Origin: Escherichia phage Murica
Strand: one strand, 5' to 3'
Sequence record: NC_041871.1
DNA length: 64,000 nucleotides
Shown: positions 29,452 through 36,919 of the stretch, one piece after another
Layout: every line of letters starts with the position of its first letter
Position numbering within the stretch: the stretch's first letter is position 1
The notes under the pieces: model-generated
Databases searched by the model: none
Seen by the model: only the letters and a program-made list of their open reading frames with translations
What the model was told of the DNA's origin: nothing
Position numbers and translations under genes: made by a program

Positions 29452-29526
29452 TGGCACCCCGTACTGGACTCGAACCAGTGTCAACGGCTTAGAAGGCCGC
29501 TGCTTTATCCACTAAGCTAACAGGGC
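29452..29526 (-). tRNA. tRNA-Arg (anticodon UCU)
   Basis: 75 nt, anticodon loop CTTCTAA, T-arm ACTGG-TTCGAGT-CCAGT, acceptor with two G-U pairs, CCA. Confidence 0.75.
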
Positions 29527-29622
29527 ACTGGGTGGCTTTCTTTTACACCTTAGCCGCCAGAAAAGGTGGGAGACCATGTTTACAATATTACACTGTTAAG
29601 CAAAGTTTGTCAAGAAAATATT

Positions 29623-29961
29623 TTAGCTATTGCTAACAGGCTGTATTTCTGTAGTAAATGGCATAAAAGGTGCTGGTTTTTCAGCCTCTTCCACTACCAC
29701 CTCTTCCTCTTCACCAAACATCTCATCATATTCTTCCTGCATTCGGTCTGCCTTATCAAGAACATACTCTGCAATGCTTTGACGAATATTTTGTTTGGTT
29801 TTCGGGTCCAACATCAGCTCTCTTAAAACTTTGTGAGCTTCTGGAACCATCGCTATAAAAGATTCCTTCATATCAAGGATGTTCTTCTCTAGCTGAATGG
29901 CGTTGGACTCCTCTTTCAGAGGTCTGCCTCTACGGCGACGCTTTTTAGTTGTATCCGCCAT
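29623..29961 (-). CDS. small protein with N-terminal AT-hook-like basic motif (KKRRRRGRP) and acidic C-terminus
   Basis: ORF track 29623..30081 trimmed to the ATG at 29959-29961, preceded by GGAGGAAAC. Confidence 0.45.
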   Translation of the reverse strand: MADTTKKRRRRGRPLKEESNAIQLEKNILDMKESFIAMVPEAHKVLRELMLDPKTKQNIRQSIAEYVLDKADRMQEEYDEMFGEEEEVVVEEAEKPAPFMPFTTEIQPVSNS

Positions 29962-30305
29962 GTTTCCTCCATTATCACGTGATAGGTGGATTTTATCATA
30001 GCAAATACTGATTGTCAAGTTCGCCGCAGGGTGGTATTCCCTGCGACTTGTCCAGCGTCCTGGACCAGCAAGACCCAACAAGTGGGTTACCAGAGCCCAT
30101 TACCGCACTTTGGCTCGACCTTATTACAGGTTGGCCGGGGTCACATCGTCATGTGCTGGCTGCCCCTACCATTTTAAGTGTGGTGCACTATCAAGCCCTC
30201 TAAGGGGAACTCAGCCTTCTCCGAACCCTGTTTCAAAGCATCCGGAGATAAAGCCATCAAATTCATCTTTAAATTGGATATTCATCATGATACACGAAAA
30301 CAACC

Positions 30306-30548
30306 TCATTGTAAAGCACAAATAAATAAAACATACTTAATTTGTTTGTTATCAGGCTCAGGGTAGAAGTAGAAGATCTTGCTATCACCGATCTGAACAC
30401 CACCATCCCAACAGCATAGCCCATAACCAGTATTCATACAAGCTAAGTCGTTGGCAAAATCTATTGCATCATCCAGTGCACGAAATTCACCTTCATCTTC
30501 TAAATAATCCTCATTCATGGAACGAAAAACGAGCTTAACCTTAAACAT
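30306..30548 (-). CDS. hypothetical small protein
   Basis: 80-aa ORF, ATG start, weak RBS. Confidence 0.35.
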   Translation of the reverse strand: MFKVKLVFRSMNEDYLEDEGEFRALDDAIDFANDLACMNTGYGLCCWDGGVQIGDSKIFYFYPEPDNKQIKYVLFICALQ

Positions 30549-30624
30549 AGCATTACCTGTAGACCTCGTAAGTTAAAATTGCATCACATCATATTGCAGA
30601 TCTTATCAGGTAACACTATTTTTG

Positions 30625-30834
30625 TCAACAGATTCCGGCCTTATCCTTCCTGTCTGCGTATTCTTTAATCGCAACCTCATCTGCATTAGTGACCAGGTCT
30701 TCAAAGTAACTCTCAAGCTCCTCGTCAATGTCAGGAGACCAGCTCTTTTTCCTGTCAGTGTGAATTGCAGACTTGTTGAACTTATTACAGTTCTTTGCTA
30801 CCGGGTTGTTCATTAAGCGCTCCTCAGCGTTCAT
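30625..30834 (-). CDS. hypothetical small protein
   Basis: 69-aa ORF, coupled to the upstream gene. Confidence 0.35.
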   Translation of the reverse strand: MNAEERLMNNPVAKNCNKFNKSAIHTDRKKSWSPDIDEELESYFEDLVTNADEVAIKEYADRKDKAGIC

Positions 30835-31402
30835 AGTAAATCTTATTTAACATTACCTCATCCTTTGCAGAAAGGATATCAAGATATGCATCACCAAATC
30901 TTCCTGCAACAACCTCTGCATGATACATCACTTCGTTAACATCGTCAAGAGTGATAACCGGATGACCATATCTTTCTGAATATTGTCTCAGGGTGCGATG
31001 TAACGAGTCGTCATCATATGCAGACTTTTTAATATCACAAACACGACGAATAGCCTTGATGTCGAAAAAACCTGTGCGATACCACCCAAGAAAAAGGTTT
31101 CGTGCAGTGTCAACATCTACATTGATACCATCAAGAACCTTATCTACAAGATAGCTGTCATCCTTTGGACCAGCGTCCTTAGTGCGAATGTAGTTGCCAT
31201 CTTTTCCAGGCGACATCTCCTTCTCATCCCCAACATGCATGCCATCATTTGGCGGTGTTAGCCACTTATCCGGATGCTTACGATCACGAGCGTTAGAATG
31301 ATTACGCTGGAAACCTGGCTTCCACTTGAAAGTTTTCTCCATCTGTTCTTCATTCTGATAACGTTTTGCAATCTTTTCACGGTCATCTTTGCGTGGACTC
31401 AT
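30824..31402 (-). CDS. hypothetical protein
   Basis: 192-aa ORF with a strong GAGGAGG RBS. Confidence 0.5.
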   Translation of the reverse strand: MSPRKDDREKIAKRYQNEEQMEKTFKWKPGFQRNHSNARDRKHPDKWLTPPNDGMHVGDEKEMSPGKDGNYIRTKDAGPKDDSYLVDKVLDGINVDVDTARNLFLGWYRTGFFDIKAIRRVCDIKKSAYDDDSLHRTLRQYSERYGHPVITLDDVNEVMYHAEVVAGRFGDAYLDILSAKDEVMLNKIYYER

Positions 31403-31884
31403 AGCTGCCTCCTCTTCAAGTTATAGAAAAACTCGCTGTATCGCTTTGTAACGAGCTTTTCTATCAAACTGGTGCGATTGCCTTACTTGGTATAGTTTAT
31501 ATGGCTGTGGAGCGATTTAGGGGCCTCATTGTCCGTTTCCACACATAAACTTTATCCAAACTCGCGCGGGAGGCTCTCAACCGACTCCTTACGGCGCTGG
31601 CAAGCTTTCGTCGGTGGTCCACATTAGTGCTCGGCCTTTGGCCTGCGCCGCTTCGCTCCCACACATGTTAACAGACCTGCATGTGTGCACTATGGAGGCC
31701 CGGCATCTCGCCCCTCGTAGGCGAGTGCCAATGAAGGGCCGACACTACCTATAGAAAGTAATAAATTTAAAACATGGTACTTAGGATCTAGTATATTCTA
31801 CATAAGTTAAGTATATGTACTTAGTACCATAAGTACTAGATCTTTTATTTTTTATTATTTAGTTATTTTAGTTATATTCTTTAT

Positions 31885-31967
31885 GTGTCCGTATCACGGA
31901 CAGTTAGTGTCCGTATTACGGGCAGATGTGTCCGCGTGACGGACAGTGGTGTCCGTATCACGGACAG
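31885..31967. repeat. four tandem copies of a palindromic 19-bp iteron (GTGTCCGTATCACGGACAG), period 21-22 bp
   Basis: copies at 31885-31903, 31907-31925, 31928-31946 and 31949-31967; each contains inverted half-sites GTCCG-N5-CGGAC. Confidence 0.85.
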
Positions 31968-32041
31968 TTAATAGTTTCTGTTCCATGGTGAACATAAAAC
32001 ATACAAACCCTTATAGTACAGATATTTAAGTTTTTACTGGT

Positions 32042-32392
32042 CTAACCAGTTGTTGACATTCGAATAACTTCTTCTGGTGGCAAAACTTTGGAAAATGTGC
32101 ATCTTTTACCTCTCCCTTGTGTGGATGTTTCAACCACTCCTGCACATTCTAAAGTTTTAACGCACGCTGCTGCTTTTGTTTTCTTTATCCCAACATCTGC
32201 TGCAATTTTCCTTGTGCTTGGTGTGAAGCGGGAATTTCCTCCAAGCTTATACCAGTTGTGCAGGTAGCAGTATACAATCTTGTCATACAAGTCAAGAACA
32301 ACAACCTCCCCAGTTGTGTCATTCAAAACTTTTGACATAGATAGTATTTCAAGGGGGACTTTAAGATATAGCAGCTTATCCCCATCTTTCAT
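32042..32392 (-). CDS. putative helix-turn-helix DNA-binding protein
   Basis: 116 aa with AGGAGAT RBS; HTH-like segment STRKIAADVGIKKTKAAACVKTLECAGVV; lies next to the iteron array. Confidence 0.4.
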   Translation of the reverse strand: MKDGDKLLYLKVPLEILSMSKVLNDTTGEVVVLDLYDKIVYCYLHNWYKLGGNSRFTPSTRKIAADVGIKKTKAAACVKTLECAGVVETSTQGRGKRCTFSKVLPPEEVIRMSTTG

Positions 32393-32439
32393 ATCTCCTG
32401 ATTCTCCTTGTGTGGCAATTTTCTTTAAAATAGCAGGGA

Positions 32440-32994
32440 TTACTCCCTGCTGTCAATATCAAAACTCATTGCAATACGGTATGCCTCTTCTAATGGTAAG
32501 AGTCTCCCCCACACATCCCAACCGACATCAAGCTGCCTGCCAAACAACTGTTGTGTGGTTCCGTGAGCATGACCGAACAGTTGGACTGATCCGTGAGGCT
32601 TTCTGTTCCACTTTGCAAACTGGTAATGGCTCATACAGATCAAATTCTTGTTGTGGCGAAGCTCGTAATAATCTACAACCTCATGACCGAACTCTTTCAT
32701 AATTCTGACAGTCGTCCTTGTGTCATGGTTGCCACGAACAAGAATAATATGTCCGTTCAACATATTTAGAATATCTGGAAGTAAGTTGTTGATATTCTTA
32801 TCATTAGTGCACGCAATATCTCCCAGGTGGAACACAGTGTCTGCAGGTGACACAACGGAGTTCCACTCGGTGATGATTCCCGCATTCATACTGTCAAGAT
32901 TGTGATCATATTGAGATCTGTGTTTTTGACATGAATCAAACTCCATGACCCGCTGGTGGAGAAAGTGCGTATCGCTTGTTACAAAGTATTTCAT
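32440..32994 (-). CDS. calcineurin-like metallophosphoesterase (putative polynucleotide 2',3'-phosphatase)
   Basis: motifs SDTHF, GDIACT and GNHD; ORF track 32440..33099 trimmed to ATG at 32992-32994 with GAGGAA RBS. Confidence 0.65.
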   Translation of the reverse strand: MKYFVTSDTHFLHQRVMEFDSCQKHRSQYDHNLDSMNAGIITEWNSVVSPADTVFHLGDIACTNDKNINNLLPDILNMLNGHIILVRGNHDTRTTVRIMKEFGHEVVDYYELRHNKNLICMSHYQFAKWNRKPHGSVQLFGHAHGTTQQLFGRQLDVGWDVWGRLLPLEEAYRIAMSFDIDSRE

Positions 32995-33001
32995 ACATTC
33001 C

Positions 33002-33412
33002 TCATTTAAGTTTAATGCAGTTTTTAAGCTGGCGTTCCATACGATCCACAACCTTGTCTGGAACATCATGAATGCTTTTATTACCGTGGCGGTTTTCAAC
33101 CACGATTACGGTATAACTATACCCATGACTGATTGCCATGTCAACATATTCCTGCACATGTTTTTCTTTTGTAAACGTATTACTTACCACGATACGGTCG
33201 TATCCCATACGCATCATATCTTCTACGTTATCTTTGCACCATTTTGCTGCGAGTGTTACTTTACTTGCATCCCAGTTGTAATTGCCGTCATCGTCATACC
33301 AAAACATGTCATTCTCAAAATGTGGATACAGACCTTCTAAAGATAGCGCATTTGCCAGTGTTGATTTGCCAGACCCTGGCAGACCACGCACGATATATAG
33401 CATTTTAGACAT
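33002..33412 (-). CDS. P-loop polynucleotide 5'-kinase-like protein
   Basis: Walker A GLPGSGKST at the N-terminus; ORF track 33002..33469 trimmed to ATG at 33410-33412 with GGAGGATTGCT RBS. Confidence 0.6.
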   Translation of the reverse strand: MSKMLYIVRGLPGSGKSTLANALSLEGLYPHFENDMFWYDDDGNYNWDASKVTLAAKWCKDNVEDMMRMGYDRIVVSNTFTKEKHVQEYVDMAISHGYSYTVIVVENRHGNKSIHDVPDKVVDRMERQLKNCIKLK

Positions 33413-33440
33413 AGCAATCCTCCGTTTTAATTTTAATGAT

Positions 33441-33469
33441 AGTATACCTAACTGTTTTGTTAATTTCAA
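33441..33469 (-). promoter_or_regulatory. minus-strand early promoter (TTGAAA-17-TATACT) for the kinase/phosphatase operon
   Basis: -10 TATACT is the complement of 33441-33446, -35 TTGAAA of 33464-33469; RBS and ATG follow. Confidence 0.5.
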
Positions 33470-33472
33470 GTG

Positions 33473-33501
33473 TTGACACTAGGTTATTTGTGTGGCAGGA
33501 T
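33473..33501 (+). promoter_or_regulatory. plus-strand early promoter (TTGACA-17-TGTGG-CAGGAT, extended -10-like)
   Basis: consensus -35 TTGACA at 33473-33478; TG-containing element before a weak -10; back-to-back with the minus promoter. Confidence 0.4.
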
Positions 33502-33530
33502 AGACTGACAAAATGACAAATGAGGAACGT

Positions 33531-34448
33531 ATGATGAAGTATTTTAATGCAGATGACCTAGTAGACAAAGGTCTTGTAACCAGTCGGTATTATCCAGATC
33601 TTGGATTAAAGATCTATAAATATGCCAGAAAAGTATTCTACAACGATCTGTGGCATTTGTCTCCGCGTTTACTGGAGTGCCGAGGTATTGTTGTTGGCAA
33701 TGAGGGGAATGTTGTGGCATGGCCTTTCACAAAAGTATTCAACTTAGGAGAAAACTCCACCAACCTACCGGACAGTAAACTTGTTACTGCGGTAGAGAAA
33801 AAGAACGGATTCCTCGGTGTGGTATCATCTCATAAAGGTGAACTATTGTTCTCAACAACCGGGTCTCTTGATTCCCCATATTGTAACCTCGCAAAAGAAA
33901 CCATCAGGGAGCAATGTGGTAATTTAGATCTTATCAAGAAGGTTATGGGCAATGAAAACATGACATTCATGTTTGAAATTTGCCACCCTTCAGATCCGCA
34001 TATTGTTCAGGAAGATCATGGCGCATATTTGATAGGTTGCAGATATAATGATTCTGGAATAATGCTACCAGAAGCAGCTTTAGATGGGATTGCCAAATAC
34101 CTTGGTGCAAAACGTCCTCACACTGTGCGTGAAATTCCGTTCAGCTATGCAAAAGAATTAGCTGCAGAAACAAGAGGTGAAGGGTATATGATTCGTAAGC
34201 CTTACTACCCTTATGATCTGCAGCTGAAGATCAAGTCTCCATACTATCTGGCACGGAAGGCAGTAATGAGGGGTAAAGCTTGGAAGATTTGGGATGATGA
34301 TATCTTTAAACGTGTTGACGAAGAGTTTTACGGTATGGTAAAATTTATTCGTAGCAACTATACAGAAGATGTGTGGAATTGCTTATTAGAGCAGGAGCGT
34401 CGTGAGATACTGGACTACTATTTCCACAACGAGGACTATATGCAATGA
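33531..34448 (+). CDS. RNA ligase, T4 RnlA (Rnl1)-like
   Basis: N-terminal pattern LLECRGIVV...WPFTKVFNLGEN recalled as matching T4 RNA ligase 1; KxNG nucleotidyl-transferase motif (EKKNGF); start chosen at ATGATG after GAGGAA (track start 33513). Confidence 0.65.
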   Translation: MMKYFNADDLVDKGLVTSRYYPDLGLKIYKYARKVFYNDLWHLSPRLLECRGIVVGNEGNVVAWPFTKVFNLGENSTNLPDSKLVTAVEKKNGFLGVVSSHKGELLFSTTGSLDSPYCNLAKETIREQCGNLDLIKKVMGNENMTFMFEICHPSDPHIVQEDHGAYLIGCRYNDSGIMLPEAALDGIAKYLGAKRPHTVREIPFSYAKELAAETRGEGYMIRKPYYPYDLQLKIKSPYYLARKAVMRGKAWKIWDDDIFKRVDEEFYGMVKFIRSNYTEDVWNCLLEQERREILDYYFHNEDYMQ

Positions 34449-34795
34449 AGAAGTGGATTGTGTGGCTGGATGATTTGAGAGATCCGTCAAATTATGGACT
34501 CCCAGACGCTATTTGGCTGAAGAATTCCTCAGAGTTTATGGATTTTATTAACGATAAGGGAAAGCTCTACAGACGCGTTTCTGAGTGGCATATGGACAAC
34601 GACCTAGGAGAAGTATTCGAAGGATACGATTGCCTATCCATGTTGGAGGAAAAATTTGTATTCGGTAAGCCTCCAGTGATTGACAACGTGAAGATTTTCG
34701 TACATACTTCTAATCCATCGGCAGCTCGTAAATTTATGCTTGCTGCTGACTCATTCAAGAAGTTTGGAATAGAGATTAAACAAAACATCTACTGA
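34445..34795 (+). CDS. hypothetical small protein (possible receiver/flavodoxin-like fold)
   Basis: 116 aa, coupled to the ligase stop; pattern WLDD...D-DLG...HTS loosely resembles a CheY-like receiver domain. Confidence 0.35.
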   Translation: MKKWIVWLDDLRDPSNYGLPDAIWLKNSSEFMDFINDKGKLYRRVSEWHMDNDLGEVFEGYDCLSMLEEKFVFGKPPVIDNVKIFVHTSNPSAARKFMLAADSFKKFGIEIKQNIY

Positions 34796-34803
34796 GGACA
34801 CTT

Positions 34804-35565
34804 ATGCGACGACTGATTATTATCTCCGGTGCTGGTTTGAGCGCTGAATCTGGTATTCCCACTTTCCGATCTGGTAGCACTGCAATGTGGGAGAATTTCA
34901 GCATCGATGAGGTGTGCAACATCCACACCTTTGCCAAGAACTACTATAAGGTGCATGACTTTTACAATGCACGTCGTGTAGCTCTGGGCAGTGTTGATCC
35001 TAACCTTGCACATCTTCGGATCGCTGAGTGGTATTCCCGCTGGTCTGGTCGTGTGATCAACCTTACCACCAATGTAGATGATTTGCTGGAGCGTGCTGGT
35101 GTAAAACATGAAGATATTTTACATGTCCACGGGTATTTGCCTGAAATCACCTACGAAGATGCTGAAGGTAACGATGTAATTAAAAATATCGGATACACGG
35201 AGGTAGATACAGGCAAGTATACCTGGGTTAAGCCTAATGTAGTGTTCTTCGGTGAGGTTGCTCCTAAGTATACAGACATGTATGACCTGTTGACATCTCT
35301 CACAAGCAATGATATGGTGATCCTGGTGGGTTGTTCTAACACAGTTATTAATTTTAACTGGGAATTGTTTCCTGCTACTTGTAAAGGCACAAAACTGCTG
35401 ATTGTAAACAAGTATGACTCGCAGAGTGCAGATGGAAGTGGCATTTCACGTAGCGACCTTTATCAATATGAGGATCGCGGGATCCCTGTATGGTTTAACG
35501 GTGCTGTTGACGCTTTCTCTGATAAAGCATTTATTGAAACTGTAGAAAACTTTATGGAACTTTAA
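34804..35565 (+). CDS. Sir2-family (sirtuin-like) NAD-dependent enzyme lacking a Zn-ribbon
   Basis: GAGLSAESGIPTFR NAD-binding motif, TTNVDDLLERAG and HVHG catalytic His motif; no CxxC pairs. Confidence 0.8.
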   Translation: MRRLIIISGAGLSAESGIPTFRSGSTAMWENFSIDEVCNIHTFAKNYYKVHDFYNARRVALGSVDPNLAHLRIAEWYSRWSGRVINLTTNVDDLLERAGVKHEDILHVHGYLPEITYEDAEGNDVIKNIGYTEVDTGKYTWVKPNVVFFGEVAPKYTDMYDLLTSLTSNDMVILVGCSNTVINFNWELFPATCKGTKLLIVNKYDSQSADGSGISRSDLYQYEDRGIPVWFNGAVDAFSDKAFIETVENFMEL

Positions 35566-35578
35566 AAGGAGACCTTTA

Positions 35579-36292
35579 ATGCTGAATACTAAACTGATCG
35601 ACAACCTGGAAAAACTGTCTCAGCCTGAAAACTACCTTTGGTCTGCCAACTGGGTGGAAAACTGGAACCGTGTGGCAGCTAAAGTGAAAAAATCATACAC
35701 ACCATTCGAATTACAGCTTAGCTTCATTGAGGAAGAGTTCAATGAGGTTTTGGAAGAGCTGGAGAAAGGTGATGGTGGAGATCACCTGTTAAAAGAGGCC
35801 TGCGATCTTCACGTTGTCACAAGTTATGCCGCCTATCTTGTTAATGACAATCACGAAAAGTGGTCAAACCTGTTTGATAATCCACGAGGTCTTAAGTTCA
35901 AGATCGGTGAGTTCTATGATACACTGATCGCTGCGAAAAACACATCCAAGCAAAGAGCGTCAGCTTACCGCTTAGCGGAGTTGTCAACAGCTTTGCTGTT
36001 CCAGCTTCGCGGCGATGTGTGTGGGATGATGCGGAAGGTTCTCAAATCTAATGACAGTAAGTTTGCACGGATCAACCATCTACGGCATTCACACGGTGCC
36101 AGTGCAGATATGCCTGCTGAACAACTCATCGAGTTGGAGATTAAAGATCTTGAGCGTCGTTTTGGTGGTCGCTACGAAGGTTTTGTTGCTAAGGAAGAGT
36201 TCTACAACGGTAATAAAGTTATCATATTCCTTGACAGTAAAGGTAAGATCATGAAGCCTTCGAGCTTCAAGGATGTAACAGAGTATATTTGA
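35579..36292 (+). CDS. putative MazG-like nucleotide pyrophosphohydrolase
   Basis: 237 aa; EEEFNEVLEELEK...D acidic helix pattern typical of all-alpha NTP pyrophosphatases; AAGGAG RBS. Confidence 0.4.
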   Translation: MLNTKLIDNLEKLSQPENYLWSANWVENWNRVAAKVKKSYTPFELQLSFIEEEFNEVLEELEKGDGGDHLLKEACDLHVVTSYAAYLVNDNHEKWSNLFDNPRGLKFKIGEFYDTLIAAKNTSKQRASAYRLAELSTALLFQLRGDVCGMMRKVLKSNDSKFARINHLRHSHGASADMPAEQLIELEIKDLERRFGGRYEGFVAKEEFYNGNKVIIFLDSKGKIMKPSSFKDVTEYI

Positions 36293-36298
36293 CAACAT

Positions 36299-36322
36299 AG
36301 CCGGGTAATCCCGGCTTTACTT
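36299..36322 (+). terminator. terminator-like hairpin AGCCGGG-TAAT-CCCGGCT followed by TTACTTATTAT
   Basis: perfect 7-bp stem directly after the stop codon of the preceding gene. Confidence 0.45.
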
Positions 36323-36354
36323 ATTATGGAAAGTATGCAGCGAGGTAGTTAGTT

Positions 36355-36663
36355 ATGTACAAGCATTCCAGAGATCTTGAAAAAGATGCTGTGTTTGGCG
36401 ACCAGATGAAGGAGCTGATCAAACTTATAGGTAGAATGGAAGATAAGTTTGACACTAAAATCTACATCGATAGCAAGATCTTCAACCACAAAATATGGAC
36501 AAATGTGTGTGTTGGGCTACATGGTGATAAAGATATTGTAAATTTGGTTGTAATAAAGTTCATAGTGTGGCAGAATAAGACTATACGTTATTCCGATCCA
36601 CACTTACTTGTTTATCCTATAAAAGACCTACTACAGAAGGAGGACTGCAATGCCGTTATTTAA
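36355..36663 (+). CDS. hypothetical protein
   Basis: 102-aa ORF with RBS. Confidence 0.4.
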   Translation: MYKHSRDLEKDAVFGDQMKELIKLIGRMEDKFDTKIYIDSKIFNHKIWTNVCVGLHGDKDIVNLVVIKFIVWQNKTIRYSDPHLLVYPIKDLLQKEDCNAVI

Positions 36664-36919
36664 TCTTGCTAAACCTGTAGAAGCCCACCAGTTTGACGGA
36701 AGCTCTTCATCAGTATCTGATCTGCAACGGTGGATTGATACAGGTGTGTTTACATCGTCACCTGTTCGGACCAGAGATCTTCGTCGCATGTGTGAGCTTG
36801 TCGAGCCTTTTGGTAACCTTGTCTTGTACCAGGGAGATTGGCTAGTTGACTTTATGGGAGACTGGTTGGTAATGAGTAAAGAAGAGATGTTTAAAATTTT
36901 TAAGGAAGAGGCCGAGTAA
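36650..36919 (+). CDS. hypothetical protein
   Basis: 89-aa ORF with AAGGAGG RBS. Confidence 0.4.
   Translation: MPLFNLAKPVEAHQFDGSSSSVSDLQRWIDTGVFTSSPVRTRDLRRMCELVEPFGNLVLYQGDWLVDFMGDWLVMSKEEMFKIFKEEAE

Noticed and set aside
28714-29526. tRNA cluster as an integration site or prophage boundary
   Set aside because: No integrase, recombinase or direct-repeat att sites found; the tRNAs are clustered on the same strand as surrounding phage genes, which fits phage-encoded tRNAs rather than a host tRNA attachment site.
31885-31967. Possible CRISPR array (four direct repeats)
   Set aside because: Repeats are 19 bp and palindromic, separated by only 2-3 bp rather than 25-40 bp spacers, and no cas genes are present; interpreted as iterons or operators.
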